A stretch of DNA of 64,000 bases from a virus (IMGVR_UViG_3300028920_001457:13444-77443); one strand, 5' to 3'; numbered from the stretch's first letter, positions 19,035 to 26,656 are shown. The notes: generated by a model not told the origin, from the letters alone. A program made the numbers and translations.

Positions 19035-19037
19035 ATA

Positions 19038-20036
19038 ATGATTTCAGTCCTCATTCCAACCATAAATGATACCGAGCTTGGCGACACACTAAAGCTATTA
19101 AGAGAAACTACCGAGTATTCCTCGGATGTTGAGATAATAATAATCAATGACGGCGGCGATATACCAAATTGTGATTTACAAAATGGTAAACTGATAAACA
19201 ATGGCAAGAATTGGGGTGTCGGTTATTCTTTCGACAGGGGGGCAAAACACGCAAAGGGTGATATTATTATCATTATGGGTTCTGATGTACGCCCAAGGCA
19301 CGGATGGCACAAAAAGGTGTTCAACACCGTCTCAAACAACCCCGGTATTTTGGGTTGTGCTGTCAGCGTAGGGCTGAACCCCAAAAGAATGAATATGGAA
19401 GATAAGGGGTGTTTTAGGCGATATGGGGCAGACTTATTATTTACGGTGTCTGAGGACGACCTGCCAGAGAAGTCCGCTCTAAGGGGAAAAGAAGGCGGTT
19501 ATACGGCATTATTTAAAGGTAAGTGGAAACACGGTAAAGAAAACGATAGTCCCTATGAAATACCATGTCTTATGGGTGCATTTTATTTCACAAGCAAGGA
19601 TTATTATTTTAAACTTCATGGCTGGGACACAGAAGAAGGTAATCCCTGGTGCGGACATAGATATTGGTCGGGTCTTGAACCCCACATAAGCCTTAAATCA
19701 TGGTTACATGGTGGTGGCTGTATGCTATACCCCGACATAGAGGCAGGACATGTTTTTGCAAGGCTAAGAAGATCACGCAGATACAGGCATGGGTTGCGTA
19801 GTGCTGAATGGATGTGGTGGAATTCGCTGTGGACACTTGAGACAATGATACTAGATGCCGACTTGAGAAAAAAACTATATGACTTTCCTATTCCTGAACT
19901 GAACCTCGGCAAAGCTAAAAAAATGATAAAAGATCATTATTCAGAAGTAGAGAGAATCAGAGAAAGAAACCGCCAAGAGTTCAAATACGACCACACAATA
20001 TTTACAGATAGGTTTGGGTATGAGTTTAATTTTTAG
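19038..20036 (+). CDS. glycosyltransferase family 2
   Basis: ISVLIPT...EIIIINDGG...N.GVG...GAKHAKGDIII pattern. Confidence 0.85.
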   Translation: MISVLIPTINDTELGDTLKLLRETTEYSSDVEIIIINDGGDIPNCDLQNGKLINNGKNWGVGYSFDRGAKHAKGDIIIIMGSDVRPRHGWHKKVFNTVSNNPGILGCAVSVGLNPKRMNMEDKGCFRRYGADLLFTVSEDDLPEKSALRGKEGGYTALFKGKWKHGKENDSPYEIPCLMGAFYFTSKDYYFKLHGWDTEEGNPWCGHRYWSGLEPHISLKSWLHGGGCMLYPDIEAGHVFARLRRSRRYRHGLRSAEWMWWNSLWTLETMILDADLRKKLYDFPIPELNLGKAKKMIKDHYSEVERIRERNRQEFKYDHTIFTDRFGYEFNF

Positions 20037-20173
20037 AATAATAAAGAATTTCTTTTTCTTATTGTGGGTATCGCATAAGTTGAAATTCAAAAAAACAGAA
20101 TGCCATCCCAATCGTATGTCATATTATCGCCATGCATGGAGGCTCGCTAAAGAAATATCTGTTAATTAAATTA

Positions 20174-20476
20174 ATGGCATACTATAAAGTTACAACATAT
20201 AAATTAAAATCCTTGGGTTTAAGAAGAAATCCCAATATTATGCAATTTGGCAAATATTGGGTTATTGAACCACATCCAACATACGACAACAAAGATAACG
20301 GGGGAATATGGGTAACAAACTCATTATCGAATGCCCGCAAACTTAAAAAATATTATGAAGAAAGATACGGTATGGCAAGAATATTTGAATGTCAAATAGG
20401 AGATATACTATATCAAAATAGTTATCGCACCAAAACAGACAAGGTGAAACTCGCCAAAGAAATACTTGTTAATTAA
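20174..20476 (+). CDS. hypothetical phage protein
   Basis: start MAYYKV. Confidence 0.6.
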   Translation: MAYYKVTTYKLKSLGLRRNPNIMQFGKYWVIEPHPTYDNKDNGGIWVTNSLSNARKLKKYYEERYGMARIFECQIGDILYQNSYRTKTDKVKLAKEILVN

Positions 20477-20485
20477 ATTATAACT

Positions 20486-20665
20486 ATGGATAAACAGGAA
20501 AGAAAACTCATTGGGGATATTTTCAAAGAAGAATTAGACAGATTAAATGTCTTATGCGAGAGGGATGTGTATATTGATGATTATTATAGTACGGTAGAAG
20601 AAGCCGTCATAAGAACCGTCCAAAGATATCTTATAAGAGATCATCTAAAACCTGTGTCAAAATAA
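20486..20665 (+). CDS. hypothetical protein (59 aa)
   Basis: MDKQERKLIGDIFKEEL... fills an intergenic gap. Confidence 0.5.
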   Translation: MDKQERKLIGDIFKEELDRLNVLCERDVYIDDYYSTVEEAVIRTVQRYLIRDHLKPVSK

Positions 20666-20780
20666 AGTGTTACCTTTACATGGTAGATAGGCGGAGATGA
20701 TCTCCCGCCGACAAGAGGGTTGTCTTCGGTTATCCTTCTTCTACCATTTTCAAAACCGAATTAATTAAAAACGAAGGGAA

Positions 20781-21500
20781 ATGCCAAAATCAAAGACAAA
20801 AGACTGCCAGGGGATAAGTCTTAACAAAAGACGCAACAGGTGGGAGGTTACTATTATCTATAAAAGGAAGCGCTATTATTTGGGTTCTTATCACAACAAA
20901 AAGATTGCACGGGCTGTATGGGAGTCCAAGAGAGATGAATTTTATGGGACAGAATCAGTACTCGACTTGCGTGGCGAGGTTTGGATTAAAATGGATAAAC
21001 ATAAGGGGGAATATTATGTTAGCAATAAGGGGCGAGTAAAAAACCTAAATTTTAAGGGCATGGGCTACGAAAGATTGTGTGGTATCATACCTTCGCATGG
21101 CTATAATCAAGTAAAGATAAATAGGGAGAGTTATTCTATACATCGGTTAGTTTTACAATATTTTAAGGGAGAATCCGACCTTCCGGTTAATCACAAGGAC
21201 GGAAATGGAACAAATAATATTTTAGAAAACCTAGAGTATGTTAGTCAGCGGATTAATGGTTGCCATGGTTATTTTGTTGTGAACAAAAGAAATGTCCTAA
21301 CGGGGGCACATTGGGATAAGTGGAATAATAGTTGGCGGTCTGAAATAAACATTAATGGTAGATTGGTATATTTAGGGTCTTTTAATACATCCATAGAGGC
21401 ATGCGATAGATACTTACGGGCATTATTGGATTATGGCCTTCAGGATGATTATGATTATATTGTCGAAATGATTGGACATAAACCCCATGTCGGAAATTAG
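20781..21500 (+). CDS. HNH homing endonuclease (NUMOD4, HNH and AP2-like domains)
   Basis: GEVW...YYVSNKGRVK, HRLV...VNHKDGN..NN..ENLEYV, YLGSF. Confidence 0.88.
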   Translation: MPKSKTKDCQGISLNKRRNRWEVTIIYKRKRYYLGSYHNKKIARAVWESKRDEFYGTESVLDLRGEVWIKMDKHKGEYYVSNKGRVKNLNFKGMGYERLCGIIPSHGYNQVKINRESYSIHRLVLQYFKGESDLPVNHKDGNGTNNILENLEYVSQRINGCHGYFVVNKRNVLTGAHWDKWNNSWRSEININGRLVYLGSFNTSIEACDRYLRALLDYGLQDDYDYIVEMIGHKPHVGN

Positions 21501-21580
21501 TATTATCTTTGCACTCGTATCATTAACTTTGATACCGTTGAAACAACGACCAGAGTGTTAAATTTAAAACAGTTTTTGAC

Positions 21581-22117
21581 ATGTTAGCATTAATTCAAGC
21601 AACCCGGTGGGAAGATCGTAGGGATAGTTCATTCCGAGTTCACCCACTTGATTTACACAAGGATTCGTATAGATATTTTCTTATCAATCCGAATCGAATT
21701 ACAGAGATGAAGGTTGATGCCGCCACGGGGGGCAGCTACTTCAAATTTTCTGATAATCACCGAGATCGCCGTGAAGGAAATTCCGTTGTATGGTGTAATA
21801 GCACTGTAAGTGAGCTACAAGTCGCGCACGACACGGCCTATGCGTCTAATTTTGTGACACTTCCGTTCTTTCCGAAAAACGACCCAAACAGGACGCCCGT
21901 AGATACGACTATTGATGTTTCAGACATAGCCTATTTTTGTGAATACAACCCCGATCCAGATAATTATGTGTGGTTGGTGCACAATTCTAAGGCTTTTAAA
22001 AGAAAAGAGCAATTAGTCAACCTTAATCTTGATGAGGCAGAGGATATTGTAGAGACAGGTACTACAAGTACGACCACTACTTCTGAGGCAGAGACCACAA
22101 CTACACAACACCTGTAA
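21581..22117 (+). CDS. hypothetical protein, paralog of 22136-22600 and of the N-terminus of 62756-63835
   Basis: FLINPNRITEM...AHD...FVTLP..PKND shared pattern. Confidence 0.75.
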   Translation: MLALIQATRWEDRRDSSFRVHPLDLHKDSYRYFLINPNRITEMKVDAATGGSYFKFSDNHRDRREGNSVVWCNSTVSELQVAHDTAYASNFVTLPFFPKNDPNRTPVDTTIDVSDIAYFCEYNPDPDNYVWLVHNSKAFKRKEQLVNLNLDEAEDIVETGTTSTTTTSEAETTTTQHL

Positions 22118-22135
22118 CATTAAAAGCTATTTGAT

Positions 22136-22600
22136 ATGTTATTTGTTACGAGCGTAGATATATGGACGAGCAAAAAGCCCGCTAAGTTACTTAAGGATGC
22201 TTGGGGGACTTATTTCCTGTTAAACACTAATAGGATAATTGAGATGAGGGTCAAGGGTACTGATGATACTAAGTTTTGGTATGCACAAGACCCTGACGAT
22301 GCACGGGATAGCCCCGACTATCTGGAGTGTGGTGCTTCGAGGGCTGTCATCACGGCATGGCATGATGCTACCGCAGACAGCAAGTTTGTTTCTTTGGACA
22401 TATTTCCCAATATGGATATAACGCAAACGGCTGTGGCGACGACAATAGAATGGGCGGACATTGCCTATATTTATCAGACCTACAGGGATGTGTTGGATAA
22501 TGTAGCCCACATGACATATTATGCCAATGCTTTTCAGAGGGTTGAGTGTATTATAGAACACAACCTGCTTGGGATATTGGCGTTACAGAACGCACATTAA
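22136..22600 (+). CDS. hypothetical protein, paralog of 21581-22117
   Basis: FLLNTNRIIEM...WHD...FVSLD..PNMD. Confidence 0.75.
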   Translation: MLFVTSVDIWTSKKPAKLLKDAWGTYFLLNTNRIIEMRVKGTDDTKFWYAQDPDDARDSPDYLECGASRAVITAWHDATADSKFVSLDIFPNMDITQTAVATTIEWADIAYIYQTYRDVLDNVAHMTYYANAFQRVECIIEHNLLGILALQNAH

Positions 22601-22630
22601 TACCATTACGAAATTCTATCATAAGAAACG

Positions 22631-22656
22631 ACCCGTCAGTGATGGCGGGTTTTTTA
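22631..22656 (+). terminator. intrinsic terminator
   Basis: ACCCGTCA-GTGA-TGGCGGGT followed by a T run. Confidence 0.8.
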
Positions 22657-22690
22657 TTGTGTATTGTAATATAAAATAATTGCGAAAATA

Positions 22691-22722
22691 TTTGGTGGAT
22701 TCAAAAACATGTTTTATATTTG
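22691..22722 (+). promoter_or_regulatory. Bacteroidota primary-sigma promoter
   Basis: TTTG, 20 nt spacer, TATATTTG. Confidence 0.75.
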
Positions 22723-22743
22723 CAGAAGTTCTTTGAAGGTATA

Positions 22744-22943
22744 ACCGACAAATGGGGTTCCTATAAAAATACAATTGGATGTAAATTACCCCCCGCCGGT
22801 TTTCGATACGAGACAAAGAGAGTTCCTATAGACCCTGTAAAGGGTCAGCCTCTTAAGCTGATATTTACTCTCCGTCTTTTTATTTTTAATAGGTAAAGGG
22901 TGTTCCTATACAAATCAATGCTTATGATAAATACACCCCACTT
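22744..22943 (+). ncRNA. three tandem copies of a structured RNA motif with invariant GUUCCUAUA
   Basis: covarying stems; see findings. Confidence 0.65.
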
Positions 22944-22957
22944 TTAAAATAAATAAC

Positions 22958-24712
22958 ATGAATACTTTAAGGTTATTCAATGCGGTAATCGCAAAAGAAT
23001 CTACAGAAAAACCCTTCGTTTCAGAAGAGGGATTTATCATTGAATCAAATGCTCTTTGGGCAAAAAATAGGATATTGGAATTCTATCTCAAGGAAAAGTT
23101 AAGTGGTAACGATCTTAACAAAACATTTCACAAATCATGGGCTAAAATTAAAAACAGCTCTCGGTTTGAATTGTTTGTTGAGCAGATATTTCATTATATT
23201 TCTACATACGGAAGTGATTTTCAGGACGAAATATATATTCCCGATGAAGTATTAAATGTACCTGACGTAAAGTTGTCATACAAGGTTGTCCGTGCATATT
23301 CCAAGGAGGAAATGACGGATAAGTGTTTATCACTATTAAAATCAGGTATAGCATTAAAGGAGGAAACAATTAATGAGGTGTTATCGGTGCTTGTTGAAGA
23401 ACTGGATTATTCCTTTACGGGAAATGAGAAAATCAGAAACAAAGAGGCTGTTATAAAAATAGCAGATATTTATGGCGTTCTGCCCAATGACACCATGGAG
23501 TTTTTCAGATATATTATATATCGGGCTACGGGGCAGTCTCTTCTTATTAAGAGCAATGATTTGATAATGAAAATTAAAGAAGGGAATTATAATCCGTCGG
23601 TTCAGTTTAATAAATTCGGATTAGAAAAATTGGCAACGATATTTAATCGTTTTAAGCCATTATTCTTGGCATTTAAACCCAAGTGCGGAAAAACGATCAA
23701 TAAAATTGCGAAGTTGTCTAAAAAGTTTCATAAACCTCTCGTTGTCAACCCCCTTAATACCGCAACAAGTGAGCTGATGGGGGATGATGATAGACATTGG
23801 TTGGATAATGCTACGCCGTACGCTTTATTTAAAGTATTATCGGCATGTTATACGAGAGCGAGCGGCCAAGAGTCTTTCGTTTATCGGATTAGAAACGGGA
23901 AATCCTGGGTCAAGGAAAAGGAAACTATTTTGAGGGTGAACAAGTTAAATTTTGATTTCATTATAAAGTATCTGAAAGAAAGATATGATTTATCAGAAAA
24001 GAAATTCTTTTTGCCTGCTGATATAAAATATGCCCTTCCTACATCAGAAAAAATGTTTGTTGGCAATATTCCCACAGGAACGAGATTTTATGGCAGGAAG
24101 TTGGCGGTTGGGATATATTGGGAGGACGCATGGGGGGCAAGAGACCTCGATCTTTCGGGGTTGACGCTTTCAGGGCATAAGGTTGGTTGGAATGCAGAAT
24201 ATGATTATGGCGAAGGACAATTAATGTATTCTGGCGATATTACATCCGCCCCCAATGGTGCGGTAGAGTACCTGTATGCCAACAAAGGGCTTCGGGAATC
24301 GGTTTTAATAAAAAACAATGTTTATTCGGGAAGTAATGAATGTGATTATAAAATCGTTATTGGGTTGGGGGATAAGATTTCTGTGGATTATATGATGAAC
24401 CCAAATAATCTTTTTATAGAAGTCAAATGTAAGTCCGTACAAAAACAGACCATATTGGGGATTCTTACTCCAAAGAAAATGGGGCAGTGCTTTGTATTGC
24501 TTAATTTTGGGGCGGGACATGTAAGGGTGTCGGGCAACAGTAAGATATCTAATATCGCCCTTAAGTCACTATATGAACAATGGAACAAACCGTTTTCATT
24601 TAATAAATTGATTAAATTATTGGGGGCGCAGATTGTTGAAAACAAAGAGGATGCAGATTATGATTTCTCGTCTGATAATTTAGAAAAAGATTCTTTTATT
24701 AAGATATTTTAA
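22958..24712 (+). CDS. large hypothetical protein with C-terminal TerD-like domain
   Basis: GIYW...RDLDLS...YSGDITSAPNGAVEY motif; helical N-terminal half. Confidence 0.7.
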   Translation: MNTLRLFNAVIAKESTEKPFVSEEGFIIESNALWAKNRILEFYLKEKLSGNDLNKTFHKSWAKIKNSSRFELFVEQIFHYISTYGSDFQDEIYIPDEVLNVPDVKLSYKVVRAYSKEEMTDKCLSLLKSGIALKEETINEVLSVLVEELDYSFTGNEKIRNKEAVIKIADIYGVLPNDTMEFFRYIIYRATGQSLLIKSNDLIMKIKEGNYNPSVQFNKFGLEKLATIFNRFKPLFLAFKPKCGKTINKIAKLSKKFHKPLVVNPLNTATSELMGDDDRHWLDNATPYALFKVLSACYTRASGQESFVYRIRNGKSWVKEKETILRVNKLNFDFIIKYLKERYDLSEKKFFLPADIKYALPTSEKMFVGNIPTGTRFYGRKLAVGIYWEDAWGARDLDLSGLTLSGHKVGWNAEYDYGEGQLMYSGDITSAPNGAVEYLYANKGLRESVLIKNNVYSGSNECDYKIVIGLGDKISVDYMMNPNNLFIEVKCKSVQKQTILGILTPKKMGQCFVLLNFGAGHVRVSGNSKISNIALKSLYEQWNKPFSFNKLIKLLGAQIVENKEDADYDFSSDNLEKDSFIKIF

Positions 24713-24713
24713 T

Positions 24714-24721
24714 TATCTTTG
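24714..24721 (+). promoter_or_regulatory. -7 promoter box for tRNA operon 1
   Basis: TATCTTTG, 4 nt before the leader ATG; no clear -33 box. Confidence 0.7.
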
Positions 24722-24725
24722 CACC

Positions 24726-24788
24726 ATGATTAGAATACAGCATATAGAGCAACCGCAACAGCCAAGAGCCGATATTGGGTCTGGATAG
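24726..24788 (+). CDS. attenuator leader peptide 1, MIRIQHIEQPQQPRADIGSG
   Basis: codons 4-13 are only Ile(ATA), Gln, His, Glu and Pro, the tRNAs of operon 1. Confidence 0.85.
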   Translation: MIRIQHIEQPQQPRADIGSG

Positions 24789-24811
24789 GTGTTCTATGTG
24801 TTTATAATACA

Positions 24812-24844
24812 GAGCCTTCTGGACTATTTCAGAGGGCTTTTTTT
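24812..24844 (+). terminator. attenuator terminator 1
   Basis: GAGCCTTCTGGA-CTAT-TTCAGAGGGCTT plus T run, ending 4 nt before tRNA-Pro. Confidence 0.85.
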
Positions 24845-24848
24845 ATTT

Positions 24849-24921
24849 CGGAAGTATGGTGTAATCAGGTAGCATACGTGCCTTGGGCGCACGGGGAGTA
24901 GTTCGAATCTAATATTTCCGA
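24849..24921 (+). tRNA. tRNA-Pro(TGG)
   Basis: CGTGC-CTTGGGC-GCACG anticodon arm; acceptor CGGAAGT/ATTTCCG. Confidence 0.9.
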
Positions 24922-24927
24922 CAATAT

Positions 24928-24999
24928 TGGCACATAGGTTAATGGTAAGACCTCTCGGCTTATACCCCAGCAGTCCAAGTTCGATTCTTGGTGTGCCAA
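24928..24999 (+). tRNA. tRNA-Ile(TAT)
   Basis: loop CTTATAC; acceptor TGGCACA/TGTGCCA resembles tRNA-Ile(GAT). Confidence 0.85.
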
Positions 25000-25000
25000 C

Positions 25001-25075
25001 GGTGGTTATGGTGTAATGGCAACATAACTGTTTGTGGAGCAGTGGTTATCAGTTCGAGCCTGATTAATCACCCCA
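25001..25075 (+). tRNA. tRNA-His(GTG)
   Basis: loop TTGTGGA, G-1:C73 pair, encoded CCA. Confidence 0.92.
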
Positions 25076-25076
25076 T

Positions 25077-25147
25077 GCTCGGTTCTTCTAACGGCAGGAA
25101 ATCGGGTTTTCACCCCGGCAATAGCGGTTCAATTCCGCTACCGAGTA
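25077..25147 (+). tRNA. tRNA-Glu(TTC)
   Basis: TCGGG-TTTTCAC-CCCGG. Confidence 0.9.
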
Positions 25148-25153
25148 CGATAA

Positions 25154-25224
25154 TGCCTTGTGGTGTAATAGTAACACATAACACTTTGGATGTTATGTTT
25201 TCGGTGCGAATCCGAACAAGGCAT
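25154..25224 (+). tRNA. tRNA-Gln(TTG)
   Basis: TAACA-CTTTGGA-TGTTA; U1:A72. Confidence 0.9.
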
Positions 25225-25233
25225 CAAAATAAA

Positions 25234-25264
25234 TTTGGAAATTTAAAAATATGTATTATCTTTG
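25234..25264 (+). promoter_or_regulatory. promoter for tRNA operon 2
   Basis: TTTG, 19 nt spacer, TATCTTTG. Confidence 0.8.
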
Positions 25265-25283
25265 TACCAATAAAAAACAAAAA

Positions 25284-25358
25284 ATGCAGTTAGTCAGAAA
25301 GAATATGGTGAATATTGACCGCACAGGCGCAACCTTGCGAGGGGGTATTCCTATATGA
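25284..25358 (+). CDS. attenuator leader peptide 2, MQLVRKNMVNIDRTGATLRGGIPI
   Basis: codons 4-17 cover all 11 tRNAs of operon 2 and nothing else. Confidence 0.88.
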   Translation: MQLVRKNMVNIDRTGATLRGGIPI

Positions 25359-25379
25359 TTTCTGTAAGAAACAACAGGG

Positions 25380-25408
25380 ATGCCCTCAAGAGATTGGGGG
25401 CATTTTTT
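25380..25408 (+). terminator. attenuator terminator 2
   Basis: ATGCCCTCAA-GAGA-TTGGGGGCAT plus T run, ending 2 nt before tRNA-Ile. Confidence 0.88.
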
Positions 25409-25410
25409 AT

Positions 25411-25481
25411 TGGCTCATAGTTTAATAGTAGAACGCATCTCTGATACGGATGTAGCCTAAGTGCGATTCTTAGTGAGCCAA
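25411..25481 (+). tRNA. tRNA-Ile(GAT)
   Basis: CATCT-CTGATAC-GGATG. Confidence 0.88.
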
Positions 25482-25485
25482 CAAT

Positions 25486-25558
25486 AGCGGGTTGTGTAGA
25501 AATAGTATCTCGTCAGTCTCATAAGCTGAAGTTATGGGTGCAATCCCCATACCCGCTA
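25486..25558 (+). tRNA. tRNA-Met(CAT), elongator-type
   Basis: TCAGT-CTCATAA-GCTGA; paired 1:72; Ile2 identity not excluded. Confidence 0.8.
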
Positions 25559-25562
25559 CAAT

Positions 25563-25634
25563 GGGAATATGGTGAAATGGGTATCACGATGGACTGTTAA
25601 TCCTTCGTTATAGGTTCAAGTCCTATTGTTCCCG
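25563..25634 (+). tRNA. tRNA-Asn(GTT)
   Basis: loop CTGTTAA, G73. Confidence 0.9.
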
Positions 25635-25638
25635 CAAA

Positions 25639-25710
25639 GTCCTTGTGGTGTAATGGAGAGCACAAGTGTCTTCTAAGCATTTAGTCAGGGTTCGACTCCT
25701 TGCGGGGACA
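25639..25710 (+). tRNA. tRNA-Arg(TCT)
   Basis: AGTGT-CTTCTAA-GCATT. Confidence 0.9.
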
Positions 25711-25716
25711 CTAAAT

Positions 25717-25791
25717 ACCCTTGTAGGCTCCTTGGTGGAGAACCAGATTGTCACTCTGGTAAAACAGACGGATCGTAACCGTTCAGGGGTG
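25717..25791 (+). tRNA. tRNA-Asp(GTC)
   Basis: CCAGA-TTGTCAC-TCTGG, G73. Confidence 0.85.
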
Positions 25792-25796
25792 CAAGC

Positions 25797-25869
25797 GGGT
25801 TGCAATGTACCAAGGCTGGCGAGAGACCCTTGCAAGGTTTTTGGCTCGGTTCGATTCCGAGGCGATCCA
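25797..25869 (+). tRNA. tRNA-Ala(TGC)
   Basis: loop CTTGCAA; G3:U70 identity pair. Confidence 0.88.
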
Positions 25870-25872
25870 CAA

Positions 25873-25944
25873 GCAGGATAGGTGTTGATGGTTGCATAAG
25901 AGCCTTCCAAGCTCAAGGAGTGAATTCGAATTTCACATCCTGCT
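25873..25944 (+). tRNA. tRNA-Gly(TCC)
   Basis: loop CTTCCAA, U73. Confidence 0.88.
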
Positions 25945-25948
25945 CAAT

Positions 25949-26023
25949 GGGCGATTAGTTTAATGGACAGAATATATCGCTACGGACGATATGGTGAGGA
26001 TTCGATTTCTTCATCGCCCACCA
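25949..26023 (+). tRNA. tRNA-Arg(ACG)
   Basis: TATCG-CTACGGA-CGATA, encoded CCA. Confidence 0.9.
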
Positions 26024-26025
26024 AT

Positions 26026-26097
26026 GACCCTATAATTTCAACAGTAGAATCCCATCCTTTTAAGATGGTTGTCTTGGGGCGGAACCAAGTGGGGTCA
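26026..26097 (+). tRNA. tRNA-Lys(TTT), atypical T-loop
   Basis: CCATC-CTTTTAA-GATGG; T-loop GGCGGAA. Confidence 0.8.
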
Positions 26098-26101
26098 CAA
26101 A

Positions 26102-26173
26102 GGCAGGTTAGTTTAAGCGGCAAAACACGTGATTTGTAACCATGAGATACGGCTTCGATCGCTGTACTTGCCT
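26102..26173 (+). tRNA. tRNA-Thr(TGT)
   Basis: loop TTTGTAA; acceptor GGCAGGT/ACTTGCC. Confidence 0.82.
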
Positions 26174-26178
26174 CAAAT

Positions 26179-26251
26179 AGCCCGATAGTGTAGCGGTTAA
26201 GCACGGCACCCTTACAAGATGTCAGCCACAGTTCGAGTCTGTGTTGGGCTA
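26179..26251 (+). tRNA. tRNA-Val(TAC)
   Basis: loop CTTACAA; canonical D and T arms. Confidence 0.88.
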
Positions 26252-26269
26252 CAAAAAAACATAAATATA

Positions 26270-26300
26270 TTTGTTTATTTAAAAATTATTATTAATTTTG
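26270..26300 (+). promoter_or_regulatory. promoter for tRNA operon 3
   Basis: TTTG, 19 nt spacer, TAATTTTG. Confidence 0.8.
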
Positions 26301-26306
26301 CAGATT

Positions 26307-26369
26307 ATGAAAAATCTATGGTGTTCATATAGTTTATTTTCACTCTTGCTCTTGAGGCGAGGCGGATAA
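26307..26369 (+). CDS. attenuator leader peptide 3, MKNLWCSYSLFSLLLLRRGG
   Basis: codons 4-16 cover all 9 tRNAs of operon 3 and use only those amino acids. Confidence 0.9.
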   Translation: MKNLWCSYSLFSLLLLRRGG

Positions 26370-26393
26370 ACTATATCTACCAAAGATATATTG

Positions 26394-26421
26394 AAGCCTC
26401 GCTTATAAAGCGGGGTTTTTT
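26394..26421 (+). terminator. attenuator terminator 3
   Basis: AAGCCTCGCTT-ATA-AAGCGGGGTTT plus T run, ending 5 nt before tRNA-Leu. Confidence 0.88.
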
Positions 26422-26426
26422 GTTAT

Positions 26427-26499
26427 GGGGAATTGACGTAAATGGCAACCGTATTGGGTTTAAGCCCCAAGTTTGAGAGTTCGAATCTCTTGTTCCCCA
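26427..26499 (+). tRNA. tRNA-Leu(TAA), short variable loop
   Basis: TTGGG-TTTAAGC-CCCAA, A73. Confidence 0.85.
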
Positions 26500-26502
26500 C
26501 AT

Positions 26503-26575
26503 GGTCGAGTGACGTAACAGGCAACCGTATCCGTCTCAAAAGCGGAGTTTATGGGTTCGAATCCCATCTTGACCA
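26503..26575 (+). tRNA. tRNA-Leu(CAA), short variable loop
   Basis: TCCGT-CTCAAAA-GCGGA, A73. Confidence 0.85.
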
Positions 26576-26579
26576 CAAA

Positions 26580-26652
26580 GCTCAGGTAGTAAATTGGCAA
26601 AGCAACTTGACTTAGGATCAAGGATTTGTGAGTTCGAGTCTCACCCTGAGTA
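26580..26652 (+). tRNA. tRNA-Leu(TAG), short variable loop
   Basis: CTTGA-CTTAGGA-TCAAG, A73. Confidence 0.85.
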
Positions 26653-26656
26653 CTAT

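Noticed and set aside
22744-22943. Mini CRISPR array
   Set aside because: The invariant part is only about 9 nt, the stems covary around the variable part, and there are no cas genes.
24714-26421. T-box riboswitches as the explanation for the tRNA leaders
   Set aside because: The leaders are short, lack the UGGNACC T-box bulge, and contain translatable codon-matched uORFs instead.
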